A DNA stretch of 50,406 nt, filler included, from Basidioascus undulatus (GCA_000826855.1; 3 parts of 3 records of this genome joined end to end with filler, not necessarily neighbours in it), one strand, 5' to 3'. Numbered from the whole stretch's first letter, positions 1-12,091 are shown. The notes: generated by a model not told the origin, from the sequence alone. A program made the numbers and translations.

Positions 1-2074
1 TCCCCGCCGCCGCCGCCGCCGCCGCCGCCGCCCAAACCCGTCTCGCGCTCGCGCCTGCTCGACTTCCTCCTCTTCGGCGGGGCCGGCGTCGGCCTCTACT
101 GGATCTACGACTACCTCTCGTCGCAGGAGGAGGAGCGCGCCGCGCGTACGAGCCCGATCGCCAAAGTCCTCAACCGCACCGGCAGTTTCACCATCCCCGT
201 GCGCAACAAGGACGGCGTCCCCACGATGAAGACCATCAAGCGCTTGTCCCACCCCGCGACGCTCCAGCTTCTCCGCAGGAACGAGGCCACGTACGTCGTC
301 GATCGCCCAGGGGGGAGCCTCGTCAAGGAGTACTTTGTCAACTCCATCGCGAGCAACGACACCATCGAGGACAGGCGCGCGGAGGCCATCGTCGAGCGCG
401 ATGTGCCCGCGAAGGACGTGCCCGAGGTTGGGAGGAAGGGAGATCTGCTTTTCTTGTGCGTTGTTTCTTCTGATATGTTTTGGTTTGGGCGGTCATTGAT
501 CGGTATGGGCATGCAGCTGCGTCTTCGATGGGCATGGAGGATGGCGGACCAGCGAGCTCCTGTCAAAATCACTCATCCCTGCTGCAGCTTTGCATCTTTG
601 TACGTCTCTTACACTTTTCAACCTCCAATCTATTGCTGAGATGTAGTTCCACAGCCTCACTATTCCACGGCAACTACCCGACCCCGCAGTCCCGCTTCTC
701 CTCCCTCAAACGCTACCTCCTCCCGGCCTCCTCCTCCTCCGCCCCGCTCGACGCCCAGCCCTCGCTCGTGACCCAGACGCTCAAGAACGCCTTCCTTTCC
801 CTCGACCACTCGATTCTCTCCGCGCCGCTCCGCGTCCTCTCCAACCTCCCCGCGACGCCGCCGCCCGCGCCCGAGCCCAGCGAGGCCCTCCTCACCGCCC
901 TCAGCGGCAGCTGCGCGCTCATGGCGTACGTCGACGAGAAGCGCGAGGACCTCTATGTTGCTGTCACGGGCGACTCCCGTGCGGTTGCCGGGTACTGGGA
1001 GGACGGGAAGTGGAGGGTCGAGGTGTTGACGGAGGACCAGACGGGTCGGAACCCGAAGGAGGTCAAGCGGTGAGTTGGGGCGAGCGTTGACTTCACCACT
1101 GTTGCTGATATGCTTCAGGGTACAAACGGAGCACCCCCCGGCGGAGGCACCGTATGTCATTCAGCGAGGACGCGTTCTCGGTGGGCTGGAGGTGAGGCTC
1201 ACATGCAATCGTTCCCTGATGTCTGATAATCTCACATCCGTTTGCAGCCGACTCGCGCCTTCGGTGACGCCCGATACAAGTGGCCTGCACCTCTGCAAAC
1301 CCAGTGCGTGTTTTTTGCATGCCTGAAAAGTGGACAGTCAGCGGTGACATGCGACTGGTCATAGGCTTGCAAACGCTCTTCTCCCTCCATCTTACCCCGC
1401 CCGGCCCCCTCCTCGCGGCCTCCTCACCCCTCCATACGTGACCGCCGAGCCCGAAGTCACGCACCGCTCCTTCGCCATCACGGGCCGCCCGCGGTTCCTC
1501 ATCCTCGCGACGGACGGGCTTTGGGACCGGCTGTCGAACGAGGAGGCGGTCGGCCTCATCGGCCGCGCTCTGGACGGCACGGGCAAGACGATGTCCAAGT
1601 CCAAGGGCTCGATGACGCGCTCTGAGCTGCTCAGGAGCGTCGTCAAGCCGCGCGATGGCGAGGAGGGCGTCGACGGCAAGAAGGGCAAGCGCGCGAGCGA
1701 CGAGGGCGAGACGGACGATGCGCACTACACGTTCGCAGAGCAGAACCTCTCCACTCACCTCATCCGCAACGCTCTCGGCGGCGCGCACGACGACCAAGTC
1801 TCGGCGCTGCTGTCCATCCCTGCACCTTATTCACGCCGCTTCTACGACGACACGACTGTGCGTAGCTGCTCGGTCCTTCTTTCTCGGTGCTTTCAACTAA
1901 TGCTAACGATTTGCTTTCGCTTGGTGTGCGCAGGTTTCCGTGATTGTATTTGACGACGTCAAGGACACCGCGCAGCAGGCCGCTGCTCACGAAAACGCAC
2001 AGCCGGTCGGCCTCACGCCACTGACGCCGCCGCCGGACGGTGTGCAGCCCGGCCCTGTGCTGGCCAAGCTCTGA
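1..2074 (+). CDS. PTC5: PP2C-family protein phosphatase, pyruvate-dehydrogenase-phosphatase/Ptc5-like; 5'-partial, multi-exon
   Basis: Spliced translation gives PP2C motifs NSIASNDTIED, CVFDGHGGW (intron 456-516), SGSCAL, VAVTGDSRAV, GRVLGGLEPTRAFGDARYKW, TPPYVTAEPEV, FLILATDGLWD, NLSTHLIRNALGG and YDDTTVSVI. N-terminal TM segment LLDFLLFGGAGVGLYWIY. Last exon 1934-2074 ends ...PVLAKL-TGA. Confidence 0.9.
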
Positions 2075-2291
2075 CGATCTTCATCTCTCTTCCTTTCCTC
2101 ACCTAGCCCTGTACTCTACGCATTTTCACTCGCTTCCGGCATATCATTGCATACAGCCCTCACTGTCTGCAGGGGGTCGAGCAGCTTCGCGGACGATGCT
2201 CATTCCATAACGTACATACGACCTTCGACTCAACGTCTCCATTACCAAAACGCGAACCGCAACAGGAAGGGTAACCGCATCTGACAACGCC

Positions 2292-3386
2292 TCACACAGC
2301 GGCCATCTGCGCGTGAGGAGGCTTCGCCTCCCTGCGCAGGTCGTCTTGGATGTACGGCGGAGGAAGCAAATCGCTCATCCTGGTAGACCATCCCGATGGT
2401 GCACGGGTGCCCTTCTGTGAGATGAAACAGAGACGTGGAGCGCGGAGCGCGGCAGTCAGTTTGGGAAGACTTGACACTGTCGAAGGAGCGGAGAAAGGAA
2501 TGGAAGGCGAACAAGAAGCTGGTTATGCCGCCTGACGGCCAGTCCCATGATTGTCGCTAGAATCAGGTTCATCCCGAAGAGGATCCTGGATGCGAGCGCG
2601 GCGAGAGGCGTTAAATTTCGTCCCCAAACGCAGTCCAGCCGTTGAAAGCCGCACCATGAAAACCCAAGCTGCCCCAGCAGTGACAGCAGCTACCCGGGTG
2701 AGACGGCAGGCTTGAAAGGACCTTATATCAAGTAATACTCTCACGGCCGTGTCATAGTAGCCTTTGCAGAACGATTCCGACTGTCTTGGTTGCCGGTCTG
2801 GGCAGTACGCGTCCTTGCCTCGCAGAACTGTGAGTGCTACTGAAACGCCTACAAATGGAGATCCCCACCTCTTCAGCTAATCAAGTATCACCAGATTCCT
2901 TCACCTTGGGGTTAAGCACCTAAGAAGAAAGCAGACATGATTGCCGAAACGGTGACTGCGAACTGTTACAGCACGCATCTCGCCAAAGTTAGCTGAAAAG
3001 GTGCAGCCGCAACTCCCCCTGCAACCTGTCCCCCCAAAGTGAAAGACGCACCCCCGGGGTCGGTCCTCCAGTTGCGAACAGTGGGATTGTCAAGCAGCAC
3101 TACGCGATGTCCGGACACTCATCAACCTTCCGCTCCAGCAGACACTCCACGCAGTCCGCACCTGGCACACGACAGCGGCGATGAGCGCGGGGAAGGCCGG
3201 GGGCGAAAGGACAAAATACATTTGCATTTTCTGTTGCATAACGGGAAGTTTGGTCAGAGTGTGGTCGAGCTGGTGCGGGGAAGGAAGACTCACATCGAGC
3301 TCGCTGCTGGCAATCACCAGCGCCGCGAGAGCCACGGCGAACAAGATCACTGCCCATAACCGCACGAAATTGACGAGTTCAAACAT
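2292..3386 (-). CDS. MARVEL/membrane-associating-domain-like 4-TM protein, copy 1 (apparently intact, ~8 exons)
   Basis: Joining GT-AG introns gives an open frame: MFELVNFVRLWAVILFAVALAALVIASSELD/KMQMYFVLSPPAFPALIAAVVCQ/CCLTIPLFATGGPTPG/FAVTVSAIMSAFFLG/VSVALTVLRGKDAYCPDRQPRQSESFCKGYYDTA/LGFSW/ILFGMNLILATIMGLAVRRHNQLL/KGTRAPSGWSTRMSDLLPP...AAV*. It aligns along its whole length to the gene at 10938-11738. Confidence 0.75.
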
Positions 3387-4723
3387 GCCTGACGAAGGAA
3401 GTGGTTATTTTGGTGAGGCGATGTTGGTGAGCTGCGTCTTGTCGTGACTATCAGGTCGCCTGCATTGCACCGCGTCACAGGCAGGCTCATCCATAAACCG
3501 CGACCTGAACCTTCCTTCAAAGCAGTTCCATGCCAGTTGCACCCACCCCGTTGCATATAAATGCAGCCAGTACATTCTTGGAACTCTGTGGGAAATGAAG
3601 ATATACAGGAGACAGGCGATGGAGTTCAGGCCGATCAGACACCTGCAGCGGAGTACCGCACGAGGCATTAGGGAGATCCGGTATAAAACACGGTGTTCGG
3701 CATTACACAAACAGATAACTACCTACCTCTGATAATTGAGAGGAATGGGGCCAAGTGTAACCCCGTTCGAATTGTACTCGACGCTGCTGATTGCAATCGC
3801 GGCCGGTTAAGCCGCTCGCTGAAAGTTGAACTAGGATGTTGATATAGCACAAGCAACGCCTACTGTATGCCGTGCTAGACCTTTCCCCCTTTTTTTATTT
3901 CTTTTGTCCTCCCACTCGTTTGAGGTGAACACGGAGGAAGCTTAGTGACGATCCCGCGGCGGGATGAGCTGCTGCAGCCGGATTCTGCTGCACCATATGA
4001 AAACCTTATAGTATTTGAATACCACTCCATAAAGGAACAAGACCCAAGTTGCGTTCATCAGGGGTTACGCCGCATGTCGGTCTTGCTCCGGGACGACAAT
4101 GTAGACGGGGCGGCACAAGCCTTGCTCGGCCTGCGGTATGCTCCTCGTACAGAGGAGAAGAGGAGGAATGTGCCATTTCCAAGATGTTTACTCCAGGCAG
4201 TTTCTCCAGAAACTGTGCGACGGATGAGTAGACTAGTGAAAGTTAGGGCGTTGGGCGTTGAGGTGCATTTTGACCACGTTCTCGGGCCGATGTTAGGATC
4301 GTCGCACGCTTTCGACAGTACATTATGCATTCGATGAAGAATGCAGCGGCGCATGCCTATATTTCCTGTTCATTTCCTAAATAATACTTGGTTTGTAACG
4401 CTCCATGCAGCAAGCCACGTAACGGGTGTGCTGTTACTGCATCGCTCGATCTGTCGGCCTGGCTATGCTAGTGGCAGTCAACCAGTCTCAAGACTGTGAA
4501 TTACTGCGAGAATACTGTGAATTACTGCGAGAAAAAAGCTTTGAAGGATGCTGCAGCGGCACAGCTTGGGAGGCAGACGTTGCCGGTATCGTGACTCGCG
4601 GGCATCGGGACTCGCTCCGCGAAATTTTGTCTCTTGCGCTTCTCTTGCGCTCATACGCCGTTGGTAGATAACCTCCTTGCGCCCTTCCTCTTCCTCCCAC
4701 ACTACTTCACTCCTATCGCCGCA

Positions 4724-5630
4724 ATGTCTTGCACGCCACGCACTGGCGACAAGGACAATACTTCGTCTGACGAGTCGCTCGCCCCCCGCCTTTCGAGCCT
4801 TCCCTTGACCCTCGAACCTCGGCCTGCTCACCAAGCCGTTCCGGCACTGGCGGACGTCGAGGAGGGCCTCCCAAGCGAAGCGCCAGTGCAGGCAGAGTTT
4901 GGTAGCGTCAAAGGTGGAAAGGCTGAGGGTCTCTCCGCAGCCAAGGGAGCTGAGGAGGATGCGAGAGAGCAGGCTTCGCCTCGGGCGCTGCCGAGCTACT
5001 GGTAGATCAACGGGGTGGACATGAAGCTCGACAGTCGCCCAAAGGAGGACCGTTGTCCTCTCGATCTTTACTTTGAGCTTCCGAGGACGTCCGATTTTCG
5101 GCGGTACAGCGCAGCCGAGCTCCTGGCGATTTACGAGCTGAGCCAGGAACAGATCGATTTTCTCCTGGTAGGTCAATTTCACGACGGGTTCGACCTTCCC
5201 CGTTCGGAGTAACCAATCAATATGCCAATCCCATTCTCTCCAGTAGACCGCCTCACTACATGGATAGGTTACTTCGGGCCTGGGGTGGACTTTGCCAGAC
5301 ATCAGGCGCGGGTCATCGGAAGCATGTGCTAGGCGGTACGTCCCTTATGGCAGGATATTTGCGCCCGGAGCTGTTTTTTGAACTCATTCTCTTTTTATCT
5401 TTCATTGATAGCTTCGGAAGTTAGTCAAGGAGGGCTGCAGCCATGCCTACCTCGCTCCACGGGTCATCGTCGAGGACGGAGTCGACACCATCGTCGAACC
5501 GTCGCTCGTTCTCCTCTACCATGCCTGGCACACCGTGGGTATTGGTTTCTGAGGTCTTATTCCACTTTTCTACCTGACAATTCCGTTTTGACAGAACCAC
5601 CCGCCCCTTCCCCCTCAACTTCCAGCTAAA
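4724..5630 (+). pseudogene. Disrupted gene of unknown function, repeat-unit gene B copy 1
   Basis: MSCTPRTGDKD...EQASPRALPSYW*INGVDMKLDSRPKEDRCPLDLYFELPRTSDFRRYSAAELLAIYELSQEQIDFLL...GPGVDFARHQARVIG...GCSHAYLAPRVI...VEPSLVLLYHAWHTVG. In-frame TAG at 5003-5005 where copy 2 has Glu, plus further lesions. Confidence 0.6.
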
Positions 5631-5959
5631 CGGTCTTGCAATCATTGCTGTGTACCTGGGCGAGGAGATGGTGTTGGGGTCGTGATTAGATTTCTTGTTG
5701 GTCTAATACACTACAGCTATGCGTTGTCTGTAAGCAATGCAAGGCTACCGTCAAATGGCACGACCAGCCCATGTGCGTCTGTTTTTCCGGTTATTCTCAC
5801 CGCGAATCGTTCAATGGCATTGTCTATCTCTCGTTGCGCTTTTTATGACTATGTCGAGCCGGCCGATAGCTTGGATGTAATAATTTTTAAGTAGTTTCGT
5901 TTAGACTGCAAGTTTCCATTACATACAGCGATGCCTACTCAACGTCGGCATACCTGACT

Positions 5960-7015
5960 GCGGACCTGCAGGGGTCACAACAGCAGCAAGTTCGCCAGAA
6001 TCCAGGGAGGTAACTGAGTATCTATAATACATGAAATAAAGACATTTATGAGTAAGTTGCCTATCCTGTGAAATATGGGACGCAGCTCCAAGAGCGGCTG
6101 GCCGTCTGCGAGTGGCCTCCTATTCACCACACTTTTCATGTTACACGTGGATTTTAGGGTATGCAAATATCTGACGGGAAACACTTAAAGATCCTGAAGG
6201 AGACATCCACTTTGTTTTGCTCGCCCTGCCAGACTGCATGTTGTTGCATGAGTTCCCACAGAAGGCAGCCGTTGGAAGCCGCACCACAAAAACCCAAGCT
6301 GCCCCACAATTTCCCCAGGTTCTATCACATTTGATCAAATTGAAATTCACTGCTGCATCTTAGTAGCCTGTCCAGAACGGTTACGACTGTCAGGCTGCCG
6401 GGGGACCAGTATGCATCCTTGCCTTGCATGACTTTGAGGACCCCCGAGACGCCTGAAACGGGGATCTCACTCTCCTGAATCAACAAGCACGACTATGTGG
6501 CTTTACCTTCAGGAATTTAAAATGTTGAGCACCCAGTAAGAAGCCAGACATGATTGCCGAAACATTTACTGCGACCGCCACAGTGTCCCTCCGAAAGTCA
6601 GCTGAACAACGCACCTGCATCCCCACCCGCACTCCCTCGAAACGGGAAGACTCACGGCCCCAGTTGGACCTCCCCTTGCAGCCAGTGGGATATTAATTAA
6701 TGCTGTGGGATGGCCGAACACTCATCAGCCTTTTTAAGTCACAGAACCGCCCTAAGCAGTGCGCACTCTGCAGCAGGCAGGCGACAGTCGCGATCAGCGC
6801 AAGGAAATCCAGGGACGATGGGCCAAAATAGGTTTTTTTTTCTGTTACTAAACCATAGTTGTTCCATGGAAGTTTGTCAGAGAGCTGATGCGTGAGGGAG
6901 ACACCACGAGCGAGCTAGAGCACTGAGCGCTCCCTGCTCACAATCACCAGCGCCGCGAGCGCGACGGCAACCAAGATCACTACCCATAACCGCAGAAATC
7001 TGACGATCTCAACAC
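5960..7015 (-). pseudogene. MARVEL-like gene, copy 2 (pseudogene)
   Basis: Homologous to 2292-3386 (LRLWVVILVAVALAALVIVS; GKDAYW; QLGFLW). Start codon is GTG with an adjacent 1-nt deletion, and TAA stops occur at ~6360 and ~6381. Confidence 0.75.
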
Positions 7016-8344
7016 TTATTTACAAGCAAAGCGGTACTTTTGCTTAGATGATGTGGATGAGCTGCTTCACATCGAGCCCAAGAGGTTGCCTGCATTACAC
7101 AGCGTCACATGCAGGCTCATCCGTATCTTTGACCTGAACCTTCCTTTAACTCATTTTTCTGCCAGTTGCACTTAATATGGCATACATTCACCCTCACAGT
7201 TCACGTGGTAGCTGTCGATGGTGCGTGCAGACGTACAGGAGCAGACGATGAAGACCAGCAGAAGAGGATCCCTTGCAGCTAGGGGGTATGCAGTCGCGCA
7301 AGAGGTGATGGGAAGACTCGATATCAATCCCCTCAATTTAAATTGCATTAAAAAACACCAAAAATGTACATGTACATCTCTTTCGTTTATTAATATGCGT
7401 ATTTTCAAGCATTCTGGCCAAGTGCAGGGCATCACTGGTCGGGCCGCTGAGTAAAAGATCAGCAAGGATCTTATACCAGCGCCAATAACCTCGTCGGTAT
7501 AGATATTTAAATGGGTGGAGTATCTGAGGATCCCGCGGTCAGCGGCCTGAGGGTAGTATGTCCTGGAACGGTTGGGCGGACTGCTGCGCTGCTGTGTCCC
7601 GCCGCTTGTACCGGCAGTGACAGCAGCCGCTGTGCACTGCGTCATATCCAAAGGTTAACCTAGCAGGAGGTTAAATTTGAGACCTATGAAATCCATACCG
7701 TATCAGATAGATTGAAAGCAGCATAAGCGTCTTGATCTTGTGTGAGATTGTCGACGAGTTTATCAAAGACGTGCTCTAGCTCGACTTGCGAGATGTCGGC
7801 CCCGATAAACGAGGGAGAGAAGAAATTTTCCATCCTTTGAAGACACTCAAACTCCCTTTTCTCCGGGAGTTGTACGGCGCATGGGCGTAAAACCTGGGCG
7901 TTGCCGGCGTTGGGGCACATTTCTGACCGCGTTCTCGGGCCGCTGTCGAAACCAAGCGTGGTGGGTACTCGACAGGCTGAGCATCCCTCGACGCTTTTTC
8001 CCCAACTTACTGTTCAGAGCAAGAAGGGTACTTTGTGTCTAACGAGCAATGAAGGAATAAATCAGCGCTCGATGTGCCGTCTTGGTCATGCCAAGTCATC
8101 CAGTTTCAAGACCTCGGATTTCGCAACAAACTTTCAAGGCATGCGGTAGCAGTACAACGTTTAAGGCCTAAAACCTGCAGTTACCGAGGCAGGCGGTTAC
8201 CAATACCATATCGGGACTTGCGGACATCCGGGCTGGCTCTGCGAAATTCTGTCCCTGACACTTGGTTGCGTTCTCTCCTCCTTATTCTTGTCCCTCCCAC
8301 ACTACTTGTCTTCAATACCAGACATATCTTCTCACCCTTCCATA

Positions 8345-9270
8345 ATGTCCCGCATGCCACGCATTGATGCCGAGAAGGCTTCTTCGCTTGACGAGTCCAT
8401 CGCTTCCCACCTCTCGCTCTTCGGACCTCCAATCTCGTCCTGCGCACCCAGGCGTTGCCACACCGGGGGACGCCGAGGAGAGCCTCCCGAGGGAATCCCC
8501 GGGCAGGCAGAGGTACGCAGTGCAGAAGGTGGAAAGGTTGAGGGTCTCGCCACGACCCAGGGGGGGAGGAGGATGCGGAAGAGCAGGCATCCCCTCGGGC
8601 GCTGCCGCACTACTGGGAGCTCAATGTGGTGGACATGACGCTCGAGAACCGCCCGAAGAAGGACCGCTATCCTGCCGACCTTGATTTTAGCTTCCCGAAG
8701 ACCTTTGACTGCCGGGACTACAGCGTCGCCGAGGTGCTTGCGGGTCACGAGCTGAGTGAGGAGCAGGTCGACTTCGTTCTGGTGGGTTCGTTCTTCTTGA
8801 CGGTTACGCTCCGATGGGAGACGTAAATGACCCTCGTACTCCAAAATCGGCTGCGACAGCTATCTGGGTATGCTTCTTTGGACCAGAAGTCGACTTCGCC
8901 GGGCACGAGGCGTGGGTCATCGGCCGCTAGTGCCGGGGGTTGAGTCCATGATGGCAGGATAGTCATGGGTGAAGCTATCTTTTGAACCCCTTCCCATTTC
9001 CCCACAGCCTTCGCAAGGCCATCATCAAGGGCTGCGGCCATGACTACCTCGCTCCGCGGACCATCGCCAAGGAGGAGTCGCGGAGGGAATCGCCTTGGTC
9101 GTCGAACCATCGCTCGTTCTCCTTTACCAAGCCTGGAAGACCGTGGGTATCAATCGCTGCAATGATGCTCTACTCCCGCGGCCTGAGCGTTCCATCTCGA
9201 CAGAACCATCTGGCTCTTCGCCTAGGGCGTCTCGTTCTACAACGTCCTCGTTTTTCTTGTCGTGTACCCG
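8345..9270 (+). pseudogene. Disrupted gene of unknown function, repeat-unit gene B copy 2
   Basis: MSRMPRIDAEKASSLDES...EQASPRALPHYWELNVVDMTLENRPKKDRYPADLDFSFPKTFDCRDYSVAEVLAGHELSEEQVDFVL...GPEVDFAGHEAWVIG...GCGHDYLAPRTI...VEPSLVLLYQAWKTVG. Frameshifts and stops relative to copy 1. Confidence 0.6.
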
Positions 9271-9609
9271 GATGAGGCACTCTGAGATGGCGCGGGAGTC
9301 ACGATTTGCTTTCTTATGGCTTAATATGTTTAGAATTGATGAGTAATATATAAGCAGCCTAAGGCGAAAGTCAGCAGTTGTATGTGTGAGTTCGTCGGTG
9401 CAAATCTTTGTGTGTATTCGCGCAGTGCTTCGTCTGGCTCGACGTGCACAGCGTCTGTCCCACTTTGGCTTATTGCCACTATATTGTTCGGGAACATTTA
9501 TTGGACATCAAGAGCTAACAACCTTGTGAATAAGGATAGAGTATGCATGGAAACGAGGATGCGATGTGATAGTTGCGATCCACGCCCGCATTACAGGTTG
9601 CCGATGTGC

Positions 9610-10631
9610 AGGGTTCACATCAACAGCATGCTCGTTAGACCCAACTGAGTTAGCGTCTCTATTTTCCAGACAAGACAAGGCTTTGAGAAGTTCATTGAGC
9701 ATACTTTCTCTGTGAAATGTGGCCGACAGCTCCAGGAGCGACTGCTGTCTCCCGAGTGACCTCCAACTATGAGATTGACCACTAGGTAGTCTTACACCTA
9801 AAATTTAGCGTACAAGACCAATCACTTGAAATTCCTTTCAAGCTGCGTGAAGCACGCCTCCGACTTTGTGTTGCCCGCCGAAGTGCCAGACAGCCTGTTC
9901 CCACAGCGGAGCCGGAGAAAGCTGCACCATGAGAACCCCAGCTGCCCCACAGTGCGCCAGCTTCGGCAGTAAGAAGGGAAGCTTAAGAAGACGTTCGACC
10001 AAGAGGAATGTGGTAATTGCGTCACAGTAGCCTTTCCGGAACGGTTCTCATTACAGTAAGCGTCACCTCTGTGAGACCCCTGAAACAAGGATCACATGCG
10101 TCAGCTGGACCAGCACTACCCGGTTATTTCACCATCCGGACTAAATTTATGAAGTCTGTATATCTGGAAGTAGGCAGACATGATTGCCGAAACCAAGACT
10201 CCAAATTGTTACCGCGCACGTCCAGCAAGGGTCAGCTGGAAGACCCAGCTGCATTTCCTGCCGTTGTCTTGTTCTCGAAACAGAAAGAGGCACTCCCAAC
10301 GTCGGTTCTTCGGTTGCCAGCATTGATGGTTGTTCAGCATTACGCGATGGCCACACGCTCCGTGCTCTCTGTTCCAGTCCCGCGCCACGCAGTCGAGGCG
10401 CACACGACAACGGCAATGAGGGAAACGTCGACGGCGGAAGGCCGCAAATACATTTCCTTTTTTTTATTGCATGATGTACAGTCACGGAATTTAATCTTGG
10501 TCGGCGAGAGACAGAGCTGGGGCTGTCAAGGAAGACGCACATCGAGTTCGCTGCTCGCAATCGCCAGCGCCGTGAGCGCAACGGCAAACGAGTGTAGCTC
10601 ATCGCCGCATGAGAATGGCGAAATCAAGCAT
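9610..10631 (-). pseudogene. MARVEL-like gene, copy 3 (pseudogene)
   Basis: ATG at 10631 gives MLDFAILMRR* (TGG>TGA at 10599-10601), then a frameshift before FAVALTALAIASSELD. Later GDAYC and QLGFSW segments are conserved. Confidence 0.75.
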
Positions 10632-10937
10632 GGGTTTGAGCTGAGCACACTTGAGAAGCTGCGTTTTCTCGACATGAGGTCGCCAGGTTTGCGACGCGTC
10701 ACAGGCAAGCTCATTCATACCGCAAGCTAAACCTTCCCTCACACACACTAAGACAACCGATCTTGTGGGAATGGTTCATCCGGCGCATCATTCGTCCAAT
10801 CATTCTGACGCCCGACGACCGAGAGAATATTAGGTGGGCATTACAACGTAGACACACGATCTATCTGCAGCGGGAAGGTGTAGAAGAGGGGAGGGAGGAG
10901 AGGAGGGACAGTGGTTGGAGAGGGCAGCAGAGGGTGC

Positions 10938-11738
10938 TTAAGCCTGCTCCTTCTTCTCCGGGACCTGCTCGTGCTCGGGTTTGGGAAGGATGTCGGAGAG
11001 GCGAGTGGACCAGCCGGAGGGGTTCTGGGTGCCGCGGACGCGAGAGTTGTGCTGGGTGACGGCAAGACCGAGGCTTTTTTACATGAAAAGACATCGTCAG
11101 CATCAAGGAGTGTGACGGTGTAGTTGTGGGCAGACGTACAGGAGGCAGGCGATGAAGTTGAAGCCGAAGAGGATCCACCTGCAGCCATGGAAGTCCGCTT
11201 GTTAGCTCTTTTCACAATTCTGACGGGCAACGGGAATCCTGACAAGAACGCGATATTCGTCTGTCATTCCAACCCATATCAGCACCTGCTCGCCATCAAG
11301 AGCACTAGACGGGCATGGACGGACCTTGTAGACATCACGGCAGTGGGAGGGGCCCACCGGGGACTGCTCCACGTCGCAGTACGACTGGCTCGACCAGCGC
11401 TTCACGGTGACCGCAACCGCGACGGCGAAGGAGAAGGCGGAGTTGAAGGCGTAGATCGAGAGGGCAAAGGAGGCGGAGACGGCGAGGGAGACGAGGAGCG
11501 GGAAGATGGTGAGCAGCTGGAAGATGGCGTAGGCAAGGGCCGCAGCGATCGCGGGAGCGTAGCCGGCACCGAAGTAGTCCCTGAACACAGACGCTGATCA
11601 GCACAGCAGACCAGGGAGGTGTAACACTCGAACTCACTTGATGCGGTGAATGTAGTTACCACCGACGACGAGCTCGCCGAGGGCAACGGCAAGGATGAAG
11701 ACGTTGATGAGGCGAGTAACGGGCTGAAACCAGGCCAT
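10938..11738 (-). CDS. MARVEL/membrane-associating-domain-like 4-TM protein (intact, 5 exons)
   Basis: MAWFQPVTRLINVFILAVALGELVVGGNYIHRIK/DYFGAGYAPAIAAALAYAIFQLLTIFPLLVSLAVSASFALSIYAFNSAFSFAVAVAVTVKRWSSQSYCDVEQSPVGPSHCRDVYK/TNIAFL/WILFGFNFIASCLL/LGLAVTQHNSRVRGTQNPSGWSTRLSDILPKPEHEQVPEKKEQA*. Four hydrophobic helices, a C..C..AF.W pattern before TM4, and canonical introns with GCTGAY/GCTAAC branch sites. Confidence 0.8.
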
Positions 11739-11889
11739 CTTTACCGATGTTCTGCTGGGTTGGAGGGAGAACGGGTGAGAGGGGTAGGAGGAAAGGAGAA
11801 AGAGCTCGACGGTCCGGGCGCGGAGTGAAGGGCGGGAAGGGGGAGAAGGAAAGGCTGGCTGGGTTGGGCTTATATTGCAGCCGGCCGTT

Positions 11890-12091
11890 GGTCGTCATCG
11901 GACCTTGTGGACTGACATGCTCCGCCCACTCATAAGGCTCCGACTTGCAAATCTTCATAGCTGTAACAAGGTGATCCGCTAAAACTTCTATATGATATAC
12001 TTGCGAAAGGCCGAATGGGGAGCATGCAGACTGTCTCGGCCGCGAGGAAGCCGACCACGACGAGCGCAGTGAAACTGATTGATGACTTCAT
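11890..12091 (-). pseudogene. Possible remnant of a small secreted-protein gene
   Basis: Signal-peptide-like MKSSISFTALVVVGFLAAETV followed by a possible intron ending TTACAG and then MKICKSEPYEWAEH. No convincing 3' end before the MARVEL promoter. Confidence 0.25.

Larger units (their letters stand above)
2290..10750. repeat. Diverged tandem segmental repeat, unit ~3.6 kb, about 2.3 copies
   Basis: Identical 19-mer CAGACATGATTGCCGAAAC at 2932, 6545 and 10175 (offsets 3613 and 3630). Related AAGCCGCACC..AAAACCCAAGCTGCCCCA at ~2647, ~6277 and ~9920. Block ~4660-5780 is homologous to ~8270-9460. Confidence 0.9.

Noticed and set aside
4493..4533. Short tandem duplications (ACTGTGAATTACTGCGAGAA x2; also TACTGACTTCCAATTATA x2 at ~13675-13711)
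   Set aside because: Two-copy slippage duplications with no spacers. Not CRISPR-like and no evident function.
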